32,000 nt of DNA. Source: Aliivibrio fischeri ES114. GTDB taxonomy: Bacteria; Pseudomonadota; Gammaproteobacteria; Enterobacterales; Vibrionaceae. Made by a program: the position numbers and the translations under genes. Of this stretch, positions 18,388 through 27,900 are shown piece by piece (within the stretch, counting starts at the first letter, position 1; every line of letters begins with the position of its first letter). The notes beneath the pieces were generated by a model that saw only the letters and a list, made by a program, of their open reading frames with translations, did no database searches and was not told where the DNA came from. The stretch lies in assembly GCF_000011805.1 (NCBI RefSeq), contig NC_006840.2; one strand, written 5' to 3'.

Positions 18388-20220
18388 CTACTCCACCGTC
18401 ACCGCTTTAGCTAAGTTACGAGGCTGATCGACATCCGTTCCTTTGATTAGTGCAACATGGTACGAAAGCAACTGCATCGGAATCGTGTAGTAAATTGGAG
18501 CAGTAATATCACTCACATGAGGCATGGTAATGATCTTCATGCTTTCATCCGCTTCAAAGCCCGCTTGCTCATCAGCAAATACATACAGCAAGCCACCACG
18601 GGCACGCACTTCTTCTACGTTTGATTTTAGCTTCTCTAGTAAATCATTAGTCGGTGCAACCACCACAACTGGCATTTCTGCATCAATAAGCGCTAATGGA
18701 CCATGCTTTAACTCACCTGCTGCATATGCTTCAGCATGAATATAAGAAATTTCTTTTAATTTCAGAGATGCTTCAACAGCAATTGGATAAAACTCCCCAC
18801 GACCTAAAAATAATGTGTGATGTTTATCTGCAAAATCTGGGGCTAACGCTTCAATCTCTTTATCAAACGACAATGCTTGCTCAATTTGAGCAGGTAACGC
18901 ATGCAGCGCTTCAACAATCTCTTTTTCTTTCTCTTTTGAAATACGATTTTGTTGTTTACCTAATGCCGTTACCAACATAAGTAATGCAGCAAGCTGAGTC
19001 GTAAATGCTTTGGTTGACGCTACACCAATTTCAGTTCCTGCTCGTGTCATAAAGGCAAAATCTGACTCACGAACCAGAGAAGAACCCGCTACGTTACATA
19101 CCGTCATAGCTCCCATGTAGCCACGCTCTTTAGCTAAGCGAAGTGCTGCTAACGTATCCGCCGTTTCACCTGATTGCGATAACGTAATTAATAAACTATT
19201 TGGACGGGTTACAAATTTGCGGTAACGGAACTCAGAAGCAATTTCCACATCACAACTAACACCAGCTAATGACTCAAACCAGTAGCGTGCTGTCATCCCT
19301 GCGTTGTAAGAGGTACCACAAGCAATAATTTGTACGTGTTCAACTTTATTTAAAATCTCAACCGCATTTACACCAATACTTTCTGTTACAACAGAATCAT
19401 TAGTAATGCGCCCTTCCATGGTATTAATTAACGCTTTTGGTTGCTCAAAAACTTCTTTTTGCATGAAGTGACGATATTGCCCTTTATCGCCCGCATCATG
19501 CTCTGCATTTGATTCCGTAATGGCACGTTCAACCTGCTCACCACGAGCGTCAAATACACGGATTTCACGACGAGTAATCTCTGCAACATCCCCTTCTTCA
19601 AGATACATAAAGCGACGAGTTACATTTAATAGTGCCAGTTGATCGGACGCTAGAAAGTTTTCACCAACACCACAACCAATAACAATTGGACTACCCGATC
19701 GAGCAACAACCAAACGTTCTGGCTCACGACGGTCCATTACTACTGTACCGTAAGCACCTTCTAGCTGAGTTGCTGTTTTCTGAACCGCTTCAAGCAATGA
19801 ACCAGACGAACGCAATTCCCATTCAACCAGATGAGCGATCACTTCGGTATCGGTTTGAGATTCAAAAATATAGCCACGCTCTTGTAATAAAGTACGTAAT
19901 GACTCGTGATTCTCAATAATACCGTTGTGAACCAGAGTAATATCCCCTGATACGTGTGGGTGTGCGTTCACTTCTGATGGTTCACCATGTGTAGCCCAAC
20001 GTGTGTGAGCGATACCTGTACCACCAACAACATGCGCAGTTTCAACCGCATCAGCAAGTTCTTTTACCTTACCTAAACGGCGAATACGCGTGTAATTATG
20101 CTCAGCATCAACAACGGCAACTCCAGCAGAGTCATAACCGCGATACTCTAAACGACGTAGGCCTTCAACTAAGATCTCTGCAACATCTCTTTGTGCTACC
20201 GCACCAACAATCCCACACAT
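18388..20220 (-). CDS. glmS: Glutamine--fructose-6-phosphate aminotransferase (isomerising)
   Basis: 610 aa. N-terminal MCGIVGA (Ntn Cys2), two SIS domains, C-terminal ...[17 protein letters not shown] upstream. Confidence 0.97.
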   Translation of the reverse strand: MCGIVGAVAQRDVAEILVEGLRRLEYRGYDSAGVAVVDAEHNYTRIRRLGKVKELADAVETAHVVGGTGIAHTRWATHGEPSEVNAHPHVSGDITLVHNGIIENHESLRTLLQERGYIFESQTDTEVIAHLVEWELRSSGSLLEAVQKTATQLEGAYGTVVMDRREPERLVVARSGSPIVIGCGVGENFLASDQLALLNVTRRFMYLEEGDVAEITRREIRVFDARGEQVERAITESNAEHDAGDKGQYRHFMQKEVFEQPKALINTMEGRITNDSVVTESIGVNAVEILNKVEHVQIIACGTSYNAGMTARYWFESLAGVSCDVEIASEFRYRKFVTRPNSLLITLSQSGETADTLAALRLAKERGYMGAMTVCNVAGSSLVRESDFAFMTRAGTEIGVASTKAFTTQLAALLMLVTALGKQQNRISKEKEKEIVEALHALPAQIEQALSFDKEIEALAPDFADKHHTLFLGRGEFYPIAVEASLKLKEISYIHAEAYAAGELKHGPLALIDAEMPVVVVAPTNDLLEKLKSNVEEVRARGGLLYVFADEQAGFEADESMKIITMPHVSDITAPIYYTIPMQLLSYHVALIKGTDVDQPRNLAKAVTVE

Positions 20221-20258
20221 GGCGACACTCCATTATTCTAAATATATAAATTTTTTAC

Positions 20259-20299
20259 TTTTAACCGTAACTCGACAGCAATAAAAACAACGGTTAAAA
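20259..20299. promoter_or_regulatory. 10-bp perfect hairpin / inverted repeat in the regulator-glmS intergenic region
   Basis: ttttaaccgt (20259-20268) pairs with acggttaaaa (20290-20299), with a 21-nt spacer. No adjacent U-run on the minus strand, so it is not a canonical terminator. It lies 39-79 nt upstream of the glmS ATG. Confidence 0.4.
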
Positions 20300-20312
20300 C
20301 GAAACGTAATAG

Positions 20313-21074
20313 TTAAGCTCTAATCACTTTTACGTTATGTGATTCAATTTTTTTCTGTTGCTCTGGGCTTAAATCATTATTGGTGATCAGCACATCAATG
20401 CTTTCCCATGGCAACTCTACATTCGGGATTTTTCGACCTATTTTTTCTGATTCAACCATCAAAATGACCTCACGAGCGACTTCTGACATCACTCGGCTTA
20501 AACCAACAAGCTCATTGAACGTTGTCGTCCCTCGCTCTAAATCAATCCCATCCGCCCCAATGAACAACTGATCAAAATCATAGGATCGTAATACCGATTC
20601 AGCCACTTTTCCCTGAAACGAATCAGAGTGACTATCCCATGTTCCCCCTGTCATTAATAAGGTTGGTTCGTTTTCAATCTCTTGTAATGCATTCGCAACA
20701 GGCAATGAGTTTGTCATCACAACTAACCCATTTCGTTTCGACAACTGATTAATTAATGCAGCGGTTGTACTACCACTATCAATAATGATCCGATTATGAT
20801 CTTTAATCAGTTCCACTGCTGCTACGGCTATAGATAACTTTCGATTCGAAACTTCTTCACAATTATCTTCTTGAATGATATTTGACGGCATTAAAACAGC
20901 ACCACCATACTTACGCATTAGTAGCCCATTTTTCTCTAACTCAGTTAAGTCTTTCCTAATGGTAACTTCAGATATATCAAATAAGTCTGATAAATGTTCT
21001 ACGCTCACTTCACCTTGTTCTGTTAATAAAGAAAGGATCATATGACGGCGTTGTTTTGTATTTCTTTTTGACAT
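20313..21074 (-). CDS. DeoR-family transcriptional regulator (GlmR-like, upstream of glmS)
   Basis: 253 aa. N-terminal DeoR HTH (RRHMILSLL.EQGEVSVEHLSDLFDISEVTIRKDL.ELE..GLL.R..GGA) and a C-terminal sugar-phosphate-binding DeoR_C pattern (IIIDSGSTT, ...FIGADGID). The position immediately upstream of glmS parallels Pseudomonas glmR-glmS. Confidence 0.85.
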   Translation of the reverse strand: MSKRNTKQRRHMILSLLTEQGEVSVEHLSDLFDISEVTIRKDLTELEKNGLLMRKYGGAVLMPSNIIQEDNCEEVSNRKLSIAVAAVELIKDHNRIIIDSGSTTAALINQLSKRNGLVVMTNSLPVANALQEIENEPTLLMTGGTWDSHSDSFQGKVAESVLRSYDFDQLFIGADGIDLERGTTTFNELVGLSRVMSEVAREVILMVESEKIGRKIPNVELPWESIDVLITNNDLSPEQQKKIESHNVKVIRA

Positions 21075-21300
21075 AAAAAACTCAATAAGTTTCGATTTGA
21101 AAGAAGTTTAGTTTCGTTTTATTTGATTGTCTAGCCCTTCAAATTAATTCGTTTTAAATATTAAGATCCTTATAAAAATGCGATTCAATGCTTTAGAGAT
21201 AATGAGTTAGAGAGGCAGCTCAGATTTTAGCGACTAAAAATTGCTCAAAACACAAGAGGATGTTAATTTTATTTTATAACTTATAAGGAATCTTGTAGCC

Positions 21301-21930
21301 ATGGACGACAACTACACTATTATCATTGCAGACGATCACCCCTTATTTCGCAATGCACTTTTTCAATCTATCCACATGGCAATCAGTGGTGCAAACCTAC
21401 TAGAAGCTGATTCATTAGAGGCGTTATTAAAAGTATTAGAGAAAGAACCTGAACCTGATTTACTGCTCTTAGACTTAAAAATGCCGGGTAGTAATGGCAT
21501 GTCAGGATTAATCCAATTACGCTCTCAATATCCTGATTTACCGATTGTGGTTGTATCAGCGAGTGAAGAAGCAAGTATTGTCTCTCAAGTTAAAACCCAT
21601 GGTGCATTCGGTTTTATTCCTAAATCCAGTGACATGAAGTCGCTTATCGGGGCACTTAATCAAATTTTAGCGGGGGATTCCTATTTTCCTGCAGGAGCAA
21701 TTAAGAACTCAGCAGCTTGCGATGATTTAGCGACAAAAATAGCCGCGCTAACGCCTCAGCAATATAAAGTACTCGGAATGTTGTCAGATGGGTTGCTCAA
21801 TAAACAAATTGCGTATGATTTAGACGTATCAGAAGCCACAATAAAAGCACACATGACAGCAATATTTAGAAAGTTAGGAGTGAAGAATCGCACTCAAGCC
21901 GTCATTCTTTTACAACAAACGGAAAGTTAA
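21301..21930 (+). CDS. crbR: NarL/LuxR-family response regulator (CrbR-like)
   Basis: 209 aa. Receiver domain (IIIADDHPLF...LLLLDLKMPG...) plus a C-terminal LuxR HTH (LTPQQYKVLGMLSDGLLNKQIAYDLDVSEATIKAHMTAIFRKLGV). The only response regulator near the CrbS-type kinase. The symbol rests on context, not on a search. Confidence 0.65.
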   Translation: MDDNYTIIIADDHPLFRNALFQSIHMAISGANLLEADSLEALLKVLEKEPEPDLLLLDLKMPGSNGMSGLIQLRSQYPDLPIVVVSASEEASIVSQVKTHGAFGFIPKSSDMKSLIGALNQILAGDSYFPAGAIKNSAACDDLATKIAALTPQQYKVLGMLSDGLLNKQIAYDLDVSEATIKAHMTAIFRKLGVKNRTQAVILLQQTES

Positions 21931-21981
21931 CCAAGATATAACACTCTAGACGCTAAAATAAATTAAACTCTCTTCTACGCT

Positions 21982-22018
21982 ATACCAATCAATATGACTT
22001 CACATCATTGATTGGTAT
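21982..22018. repeat. 12-bp perfect inverted repeat (13-nt spacer) between crbR and marC
   Basis: ataccaatcaat (21982-21993) is the exact reverse complement of attgattggtat (22007-22018). No T-run follows. Confidence 0.85.
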
Positions 22019-22054
22019 TCCATCCCTCTGTGTAACCTAACCTCTGGGAGAATC

Positions 22055-22678
22055 ATGATAAGTATCCTCGTAACTCAATTTATTGTTCTTTGGGCCGTAA
22101 TTGACCCTATTGGCTCAGTTCCTGTCTACCTTTCACAAACTCAACACCTTTCAGCTAAGCAACGTAAACTGGTTGCCCTAAAAGCCGTTGCTATCGCCAC
22201 TTTAGTTTTGCTCTTTTTCCTCATTGTTGGTCAATTATTATTAGAAGCAATGCAAATCCCATTACCGGCTTTTCAGGTTGCGGGTGGTTTAGTGCTATTA
22301 ATTTTTGCTCTCACGATGATCTTTGGCGAAAGTAAACCAGAGCAAGAACAAAAAATGAGTGAGGAAATGAGTCATTCTGATCTTGCTGATCTTGCCGTAT
22401 ACCCTCTAGCTATCCCATCAATCGCTTCACCGGGGGCTATGATGGCTATCGTCATGCTGACCGATAATTCTCGTTACTCCATATTTGATCAATCAATCAC
22501 AGCGGGTGTCATGCTCGTTGTTCTATTGATAACGTTAGGTTTATTACTTGGAGCTACATTTATTCAAAAAGTCATTGGTAATGTTGGGGCCGCTATTATT
22601 AGTCGAGTCATGGGGTTAATTTTGGCTGCTGTGGCTGTAAATAACTTGCTCATGGGAATTAAAGATTTCTATTTTTAA
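22055..22678 (+). CDS. MarC-family (UPF0056/NAAT) integral membrane protein
   Basis: 207 aa, 6 predicted TM segments. The N-terminal ...AVIDPIGSVPVYL... motif is typical of the MarC family. GGGAGA SD upstream. Confidence 0.78.
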   Translation: MISILVTQFIVLWAVIDPIGSVPVYLSQTQHLSAKQRKLVALKAVAIATLVLLFFLIVGQLLLEAMQIPLPAFQVAGGLVLLIFALTMIFGESKPEQEQKMSEEMSHSDLADLAVYPLAIPSIASPGAMMAIVMLTDNSRYSIFDQSITAGVMLVVLLITLGLLLGATFIQKVIGNVGAAIISRVMGLILAAVAVNNLLMGIKDFYF

Positions 22679-22741
22679 TCGTTAGACCTTGGTATTAATT
22701 AACACAGTATTAACATTAAAAATTCAATAACCACTTCACAT

Positions 22742-22770
22742 AAAACGCTCATATTTTGGGCGTTTTTCTT
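22742..22770 (+). terminator. Probable Rho-independent terminator after marC
   Basis: aaaacgctc (22742-22750) pairs with gggcgtttt (22758-22766), with one G-U and a 7-nt loop, then TTTTTCTTT. Confidence 0.5.
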
Positions 22771-22861
22771 TATCCGCTCGACTAAAGTTGCACTGTTTTC
22801 CTTTTATTCCGCTGCTAACCTCTTTCCTGTTACAAACTTTTAACATAAAAAGGAGCTGGCT

Positions 22862-23128
22862 ATGGCGTTTGAAACACAAGAACAAGCACAAGCCTACTGG
22901 AAAGAAAATTTGGGGATCATGGGCAGCTTGCTTGCGATTTGGTTCTTAGTCTCGTACGGCGCAGGGATATTATTTGTTGATGCACTTAATACCGTTCAAT
23001 TTGGTGGATTCAAATTGGGGTTCTGGTTTGCTCAACAAGGTTCAATTTATACCTTTGTGGCACTGATCTTTATCTACGTTGCACGCATGAATGCGCTAGA
23101 TAAAAAATACAACGTACAGGAAGACTAA
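22862..23128 (+). CDS. DUF4212 small membrane protein (putative small subunit of a solute:sodium symporter)
   Basis: 88 aa, 2 TM. YWKENL...LAIWFLVSYGAGILF...GGFKLGFWFAQQGSIYTFVALIFIY matches the DUF4212 pattern as I recall it. AGGAG SD upstream; sits 11 nt upstream of the SSS gene. Confidence 0.7.
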   Translation: MAFETQEQAQAYWKENLGIMGSLLAIWFLVSYGAGILFVDALNTVQFGGFKLGFWFAQQGSIYTFVALIFIYVARMNALDKKYNVQED

Positions 23129-23139
23129 GAGGAATTATC

Positions 23140-24843
23140 ATGGGTATCCAAACTTGGACGTTTATACTAGTCGGTATTACCTTTGCGCTCTATATAGGGA
23201 TTGCGATTTGGGCTCGCGCCGGATCAACAAGTGAGTTTTATGTTGCTGGCGGCGGGGTTCATCCTGTTGCTAATGGCATGGCGACGGCAGCCGATTGGAT
23301 GTCGGCAGCTTCATTTATTTCAATGGCAGGTATCATTTCCTTTGTTGGTTATGATGGTGCTGTATATCTTATGGGTTGGACTGGCGGTTATGTACTGCTC
23401 GCTCTCTGTCTTGCTCCTTATCTACGAAAGTTTGGTAAATTTACCGTGCCAGATTTTATCGGTGAACGTTACTACTCCAAAACCGCTCGTATGGTTGCAG
23501 TATTCTGTGCCATCTTTGTTTCTTTCACTTACGTGGCAGGGCAAATGCGTGGTGTAGGTGTGGTGTTCTCTCGATTCCTAGAAGTAGATATAAACATCGG
23601 TATCATTATTGGTATGGGTATCGTATTTTTCTATGCAGTACTAGGTGGTATGAAAGGCATCACTTATACGCAGGTAGCTCAATTCTGTGTCCTCATTTTC
23701 GCCTTCCTTGTACCAGCAGTATTCACTTCTATCATGATGACAGGTAACGTATTCCCACAAATTGGTATGGGCTCTACGGTTACTGGCTCTGAAGTCTACT
23801 TATTAGATAAGTTGGATGGATTAACCACTGAACTCGGCTTTACCCCATATACTGACGGATCTAAGAGCATGGTTGATGTCTTCTTTATCTGTGCAGCACT
23901 AATGGTGGGTACGGCAGGGCTTCCTCATGTAATTATCCGCTTCTTCACAGTACCTCGTGTTAAAGATGCACGTATCTCTGCGGGCTGGGCATTACTGTTT
24001 ATCTCATTCTTATACACCACTGCACCTGCGGTTGCTGCATTTGCTCGTGTAAATATGATTGAAACTATTAATGGTCCAGATAGCCAAGGGGTTACAGCAG
24101 CAGATGCACCAAGCTGGTATAAAAACTGGGAAGACACAGGCCTTGTTGGTTGGGATGATAAAAATGGCGATGGTAAAATGTTTTACTCTGGTGATGAACG
24201 TAATGAAATGGACATCAACCGAGATATCATCGTACTGGCATCACCTGAACTGGCAAACTTACCAAACTGGGTTGTAGCACTATTAGCTGCCGGTGGCTTA
24301 GCTGCCGCATTATCAACAGCTGCGGGTCTACTACTGGTAATCTCGACATCCATCTCCCATGATTTATTGAAGAAAGGCTTTAAGCCTAACATGACCGACA
24401 AACAAGAGCTGCTCGCCGCCAGATTAGCTGCCATCGTTGCTATTGTTGGGGCTGGTTATTTAGGGATTAATCCGCCAGGCTTTGTTGCACAGGTGGTTGC
24501 GTTCTCCTTTGGGTTAGCCGCTGCGTCTTTCTTCCCTGCAATTATTCTAGGTATTTTCTATAAGAAGATGAATAAAGAAGGGGCGATTGCCGGTATGATT
24601 TCTGGTGTTACCTTTACCACGGCTTATATTGTTTACTTTAAGTTCATTAACCCAGCAGCAAGCACACCTGATAACTGGTGGTTTGGTATCAGCCCAGAAG
24701 GAATTGGTACGCTAGGTATGTGTGTGAACTTCATTGTTTCAATTGCAGTAAACAAAGTAACCGCAGAAGTACCTAAAGACGTTCAAGACTTGGTTGAATC
24801 TATTCGTTTCCCGAAAGGTGCAGGCGAAGCGCACGATCACTAA
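23140..24843 (+). CDS. Sodium:solute symporter (SSS/SLC5 family), ActP-related, DUF4212-associated
   Basis: 567 aa, about 13-14 TM. SSS motifs are present (EFYVAGGGV..VANGMATAADWMSAASFISMAG, GLPHVIIRFFTV). GAGGA SD upstream. The substrate (acetate or another monocarboxylate) is inferred from context only. Confidence 0.85.
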   Translation: MGIQTWTFILVGITFALYIGIAIWARAGSTSEFYVAGGGVHPVANGMATAADWMSAASFISMAGIISFVGYDGAVYLMGWTGGYVLLALCLAPYLRKFGKFTVPDFIGERYYSKTARMVAVFCAIFVSFTYVAGQMRGVGVVFSRFLEVDINIGIIIGMGIVFFYAVLGGMKGITYTQVAQFCVLIFAFLVPAVFTSIMMTGNVFPQIGMGSTVTGSEVYLLDKLDGLTTELGFTPYTDGSKSMVDVFFICAALMVGTAGLPHVIIRFFTVPRVKDARISAGWALLFISFLYTTAPAVAAFARVNMIETINGPDSQGVTAADAPSWYKNWEDTGLVGWDDKNGDGKMFYSGDERNEMDINRDIIVLASPELANLPNWVVALLAAGGLAAALSTAAGLLLVISTSISHDLLKKGFKPNMTDKQELLAARLAAIVAIVGAGYLGINPPGFVAQVVAFSFGLAAASFFPAIILGIFYKKMNKEGAIAGMISGVTFTTAYIVYFKFINPAASTPDNWWFGISPEGIGTLGMCVNFIVSIAVNKVTAEVPKDVQDLVESIRFPKGAGEAHDH

Positions 24844-24874
24844 TAACAAGTTAATAATAATGACTTAAATGAAT

Positions 24875-24906
24875 AAGGGAGTAAGCAAATGCTAACTCCC
24901 TTTTTT
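24875..24906. terminator. Terminator hairpin between convergent SSS gene and crbS
   Basis: aagggagt (24875-24882) pairs with actccctt (24895-24902), loop 12 nt, then a T-run 24901-24906. Confidence 0.7.
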
Positions 24907-24920
24907 ATTAAAAATATAAA

Positions 24921-27900
24921 CTAAGATCTAACATGACGGTTCAACACAGCTCTTAATTTCAATGGTTTTACTGGCTTTGAAATAAACCCAAACCCATTAC
25001 TTTTGATGCTATCTAGCAGTTCTTCGGTCTTATCTGCACTGATCATAACCCCTTCAAACTGATTACCTAAGCGCAAACGGCATTGTTGTAATACCTCTAA
25101 TCCTGTTCTGTCGTTATCTAATCGATAATCAGAAAAAATCACATCAGGGATCCAGTCACCTTCCAAACAATGCAAGCTACCAAATAGATCCGTTGCGGTT
25201 TTCACTTCACAACCCCAACGAGAAATCAGAGACTCCATACCAACAAGAATATCAGGCTCATTATCAACACATAGTACTCGTACTCCACTTAATGGTAATT
25301 CAAGCTTTGGAGTTACCGTAGGCATTTTACTCTCAACCAGAACTCCTCTCTCAAGTGTCACCGAAAATACCGATCCTTTATCAAGCCATGAACGCAGTGA
25401 AATCGTATGCCCTAATACATGAGAAATACCACGAGCAATCGCCAATCCCAAACCTAACCCTTGATCTGCTCGGCTTTGATCGACTCGAGTAAACTCATCA
25501 AAAATCGCCTGCTGTTTCTCTTCTGGAATACCGATACCATTATCCCAAACATCAATTCGGATTTGGTCTCCTACTCGCCTTGCTCCGAGCACCACTTTAC
25601 CTTGAGGGTTATATCGAAACGCATTAGTTAAAAAGTTTTGTACCACTCGACGTAATAATTTTGAATCGGACTCCACCACAACATCAGAATGAATCACTGA
25701 AAAATCAATATCCTGCTGCTTGGCTAAAGCACCAAATTCCGCTTCTAAATTAGAAAATAATGCTCCTAATGAAAAACCTTGAATGTGCGTTTCTAACTTA
25801 CCCGCTTCCAAGCGAGAGATATCAAGTAAGTCTCCGATTAACTCCTCTGCCGCCCCTAATGCACTTTCTATGTGTCCAGATATTTTTTGTGTTTCTTGAT
25901 CTTTTGCTACTTCATTTAATGACGAAGCAAACAGACGAGCCGCATTCAATGGCTGCATTAAATCGTGACTTACCGCAGCAAGCAGACGTGTTTTTGATTG
26001 AGAAGCCAACTCTGCACTTTGGGTTGCACCAACCAATCGCTGATTTAATTTTTCTAATTCTTTGGTTCGTTCATGGACTCGTGATTCAAGAGTCTCATTG
26101 GTTTCTTTTAACGCTTTTTCTGCCTGTCTAAAGACGGTGATATCGGTAAAACTCATTACAAATCCACCATTGGGCATCGGGTTTCCCTGAACCTCGATAA
26201 CTTGCCCATCAGCTCGAACACGAGAAGATACATGGCGAGTTCGCCTCTCTAAATGCTCTACTCGACGCTTTACATGCATTTCAGGATCACCCGGCCCACA
26301 TAACCCTTGCTCAGCATTGTGGCGGATCACATCGGCTATTGGTCTACCCACTTGAATTAACCCCGGTGGGAAAGTAAATAACTCTAAGTAACGTTGGTTC
26401 CATGCCACTAATTTCATCTGCTTATCAACCACAGCAATACCTTGGCTAATATGCTCAATCGCCCCTTGCAACAATCCTCGACTAAAATCATACAATTCAG
26501 AAGCTTCATCAACGATGGTTGCCACCTCCTCCAACTGCATATTGCGACCCTGAAGTGCCGAAGTTAATACTAAACGAGAAGAAGAAGCACCAAATACACC
26601 CGCCAAAACACGCTCGGTATGACGGATTAACGCAGAGCTAGCTTGCTGTTGTGGTTGTAATGTTTCACCTTGTTGATTCGAGAATTGACGAAAGGCTTTT
26701 TGTGCACGCCTACGCCCAACAAACCGTGAAGCTAACATTTCCAATTCACCCACCGTCACGCGAGTTTGATACACACTCACATCTTCATTTTCAGGCAATG
26801 GAGCACCAACAAAAGAAGCCGCTTGTAAACGTTCACTCAATGATGCTCGAGTCACTAAAGAAACCAAGATAAAGAGAATAGAGTTCAAACTAAGACTAAG
26901 CATCATCCCCCAATCCGATGTCATCACATTAAGAGATTGCAACCACTCAGGAGGAGTGATGACCCACAGCAAAAAGTTATTTTCAGCGCTGCCAGCAAGC
27001 ATTTGAGTTTGGCTCATTAACGTGATTAGCCACACAAGGAAACCAATAATTAAACCTGCATATACGCCTTTTCTATTTCCTTGTCGCCAGTACAAACCAC
27101 CGATTAATGCTGGGGCAAATTGCGCTATAGCAGCAAACGCTAATAACCCAATAACGGATAACGAATCAATAGAATCGAGAGCTTGATAAAACCCCCATGC
27201 TCCCAATAACAGTAGCAAAATGAGTGCTCGACGAATAGAAACAAGCAAATGAGAGAAATGACTAAAAGTACGTGATGTCGTTTTGACTTTACGTAATAAC
27301 AAAGGCAACACCAGATCATTAGATACCATAATAGCCAATGCGATGGTTGATACGATCACCATTCCACTAGCGGCGGAAGTCCCTCCAACAAAGGCGAGCA
27401 ACGCCATATTCTCTGCACCGACAGAGAGTGGAACACTAATAACAAAACTATCACTAACACCACCAGAGAGCAGTACTTGTCCTGCCCAAGAAATAGGTAA
27501 AACAAACAAACCAATTAAAACTAAATAGCTTGGAAACACCCAACGAGCGGTTCTTAAATCCTGCGCTTGTTCATTCTCTACGACCGTGGTGTGAAACTGA
27601 CGCGGCAAACAAACTATCGCCGCCATAGTTAAAATCGTATGAAATAAAAGCGTGATGACATTTGGAGACTGATACGTTTCTTTGGCAATAGAGAACAAAT
27701 CAACCTTAGGTTCAGAGTAAGCCAAATACAAAATAAACACGCCAACCATTAAAAAAGCAACGAGCTTAACGATCGATTCAAAGGCTACCGCCATCATCAA
27801 ACCACGGTGATGCTCTGTTGTATCAATGTGTCGAGTTCCAAATAGGATTGTAAAAATCGCGAGCGCTGCACCAACAAACCAAGAGATATGCCCATCTTGA

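Noticed and set aside
20221-20312. glmS ribozyme or enteric-type GlmZ-targeted SD-sequestering hairpin in the glmS leader
   Set aside because: The glmS ribozyme is a Gram-positive element, and nothing resembling its conserved core is present. The only hairpin (20259-20299) is 39-79 nt upstream of the ATG and does not include the GGAG SD, so the E. coli-type mechanism cannot be inferred.
16167-20571. Embedded ORFs in znuB, the gamma-CA/COG0523 junction, COG0523, glmS and the DeoR gene (16167..16505, 17083..17271, 17211..17525, 17879..18085, 18524..18739, 18696..18980, 19686..19919, 20001..20249, 20380..20571)
   Set aside because: All overlap well-supported genes on the opposite strand or in another frame, and their translations are compositionally odd (Ser/Ala/Thr or Gln/His runs mirroring the sense-strand codons).
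21997-22741. ACTTCACAT 9-mer (21997-22005 and 22733-22741) and TTGGTATT 8-mer (22012-22019 and 22689-22696) on both sides of marC
   Set aside because: The two motifs occur in opposite order and at different spacing at the two sites. Each single match is within chance expectation for AT-rich regions of this size (about 0.1-0.5 expected), so it was not treated as a repeat element.
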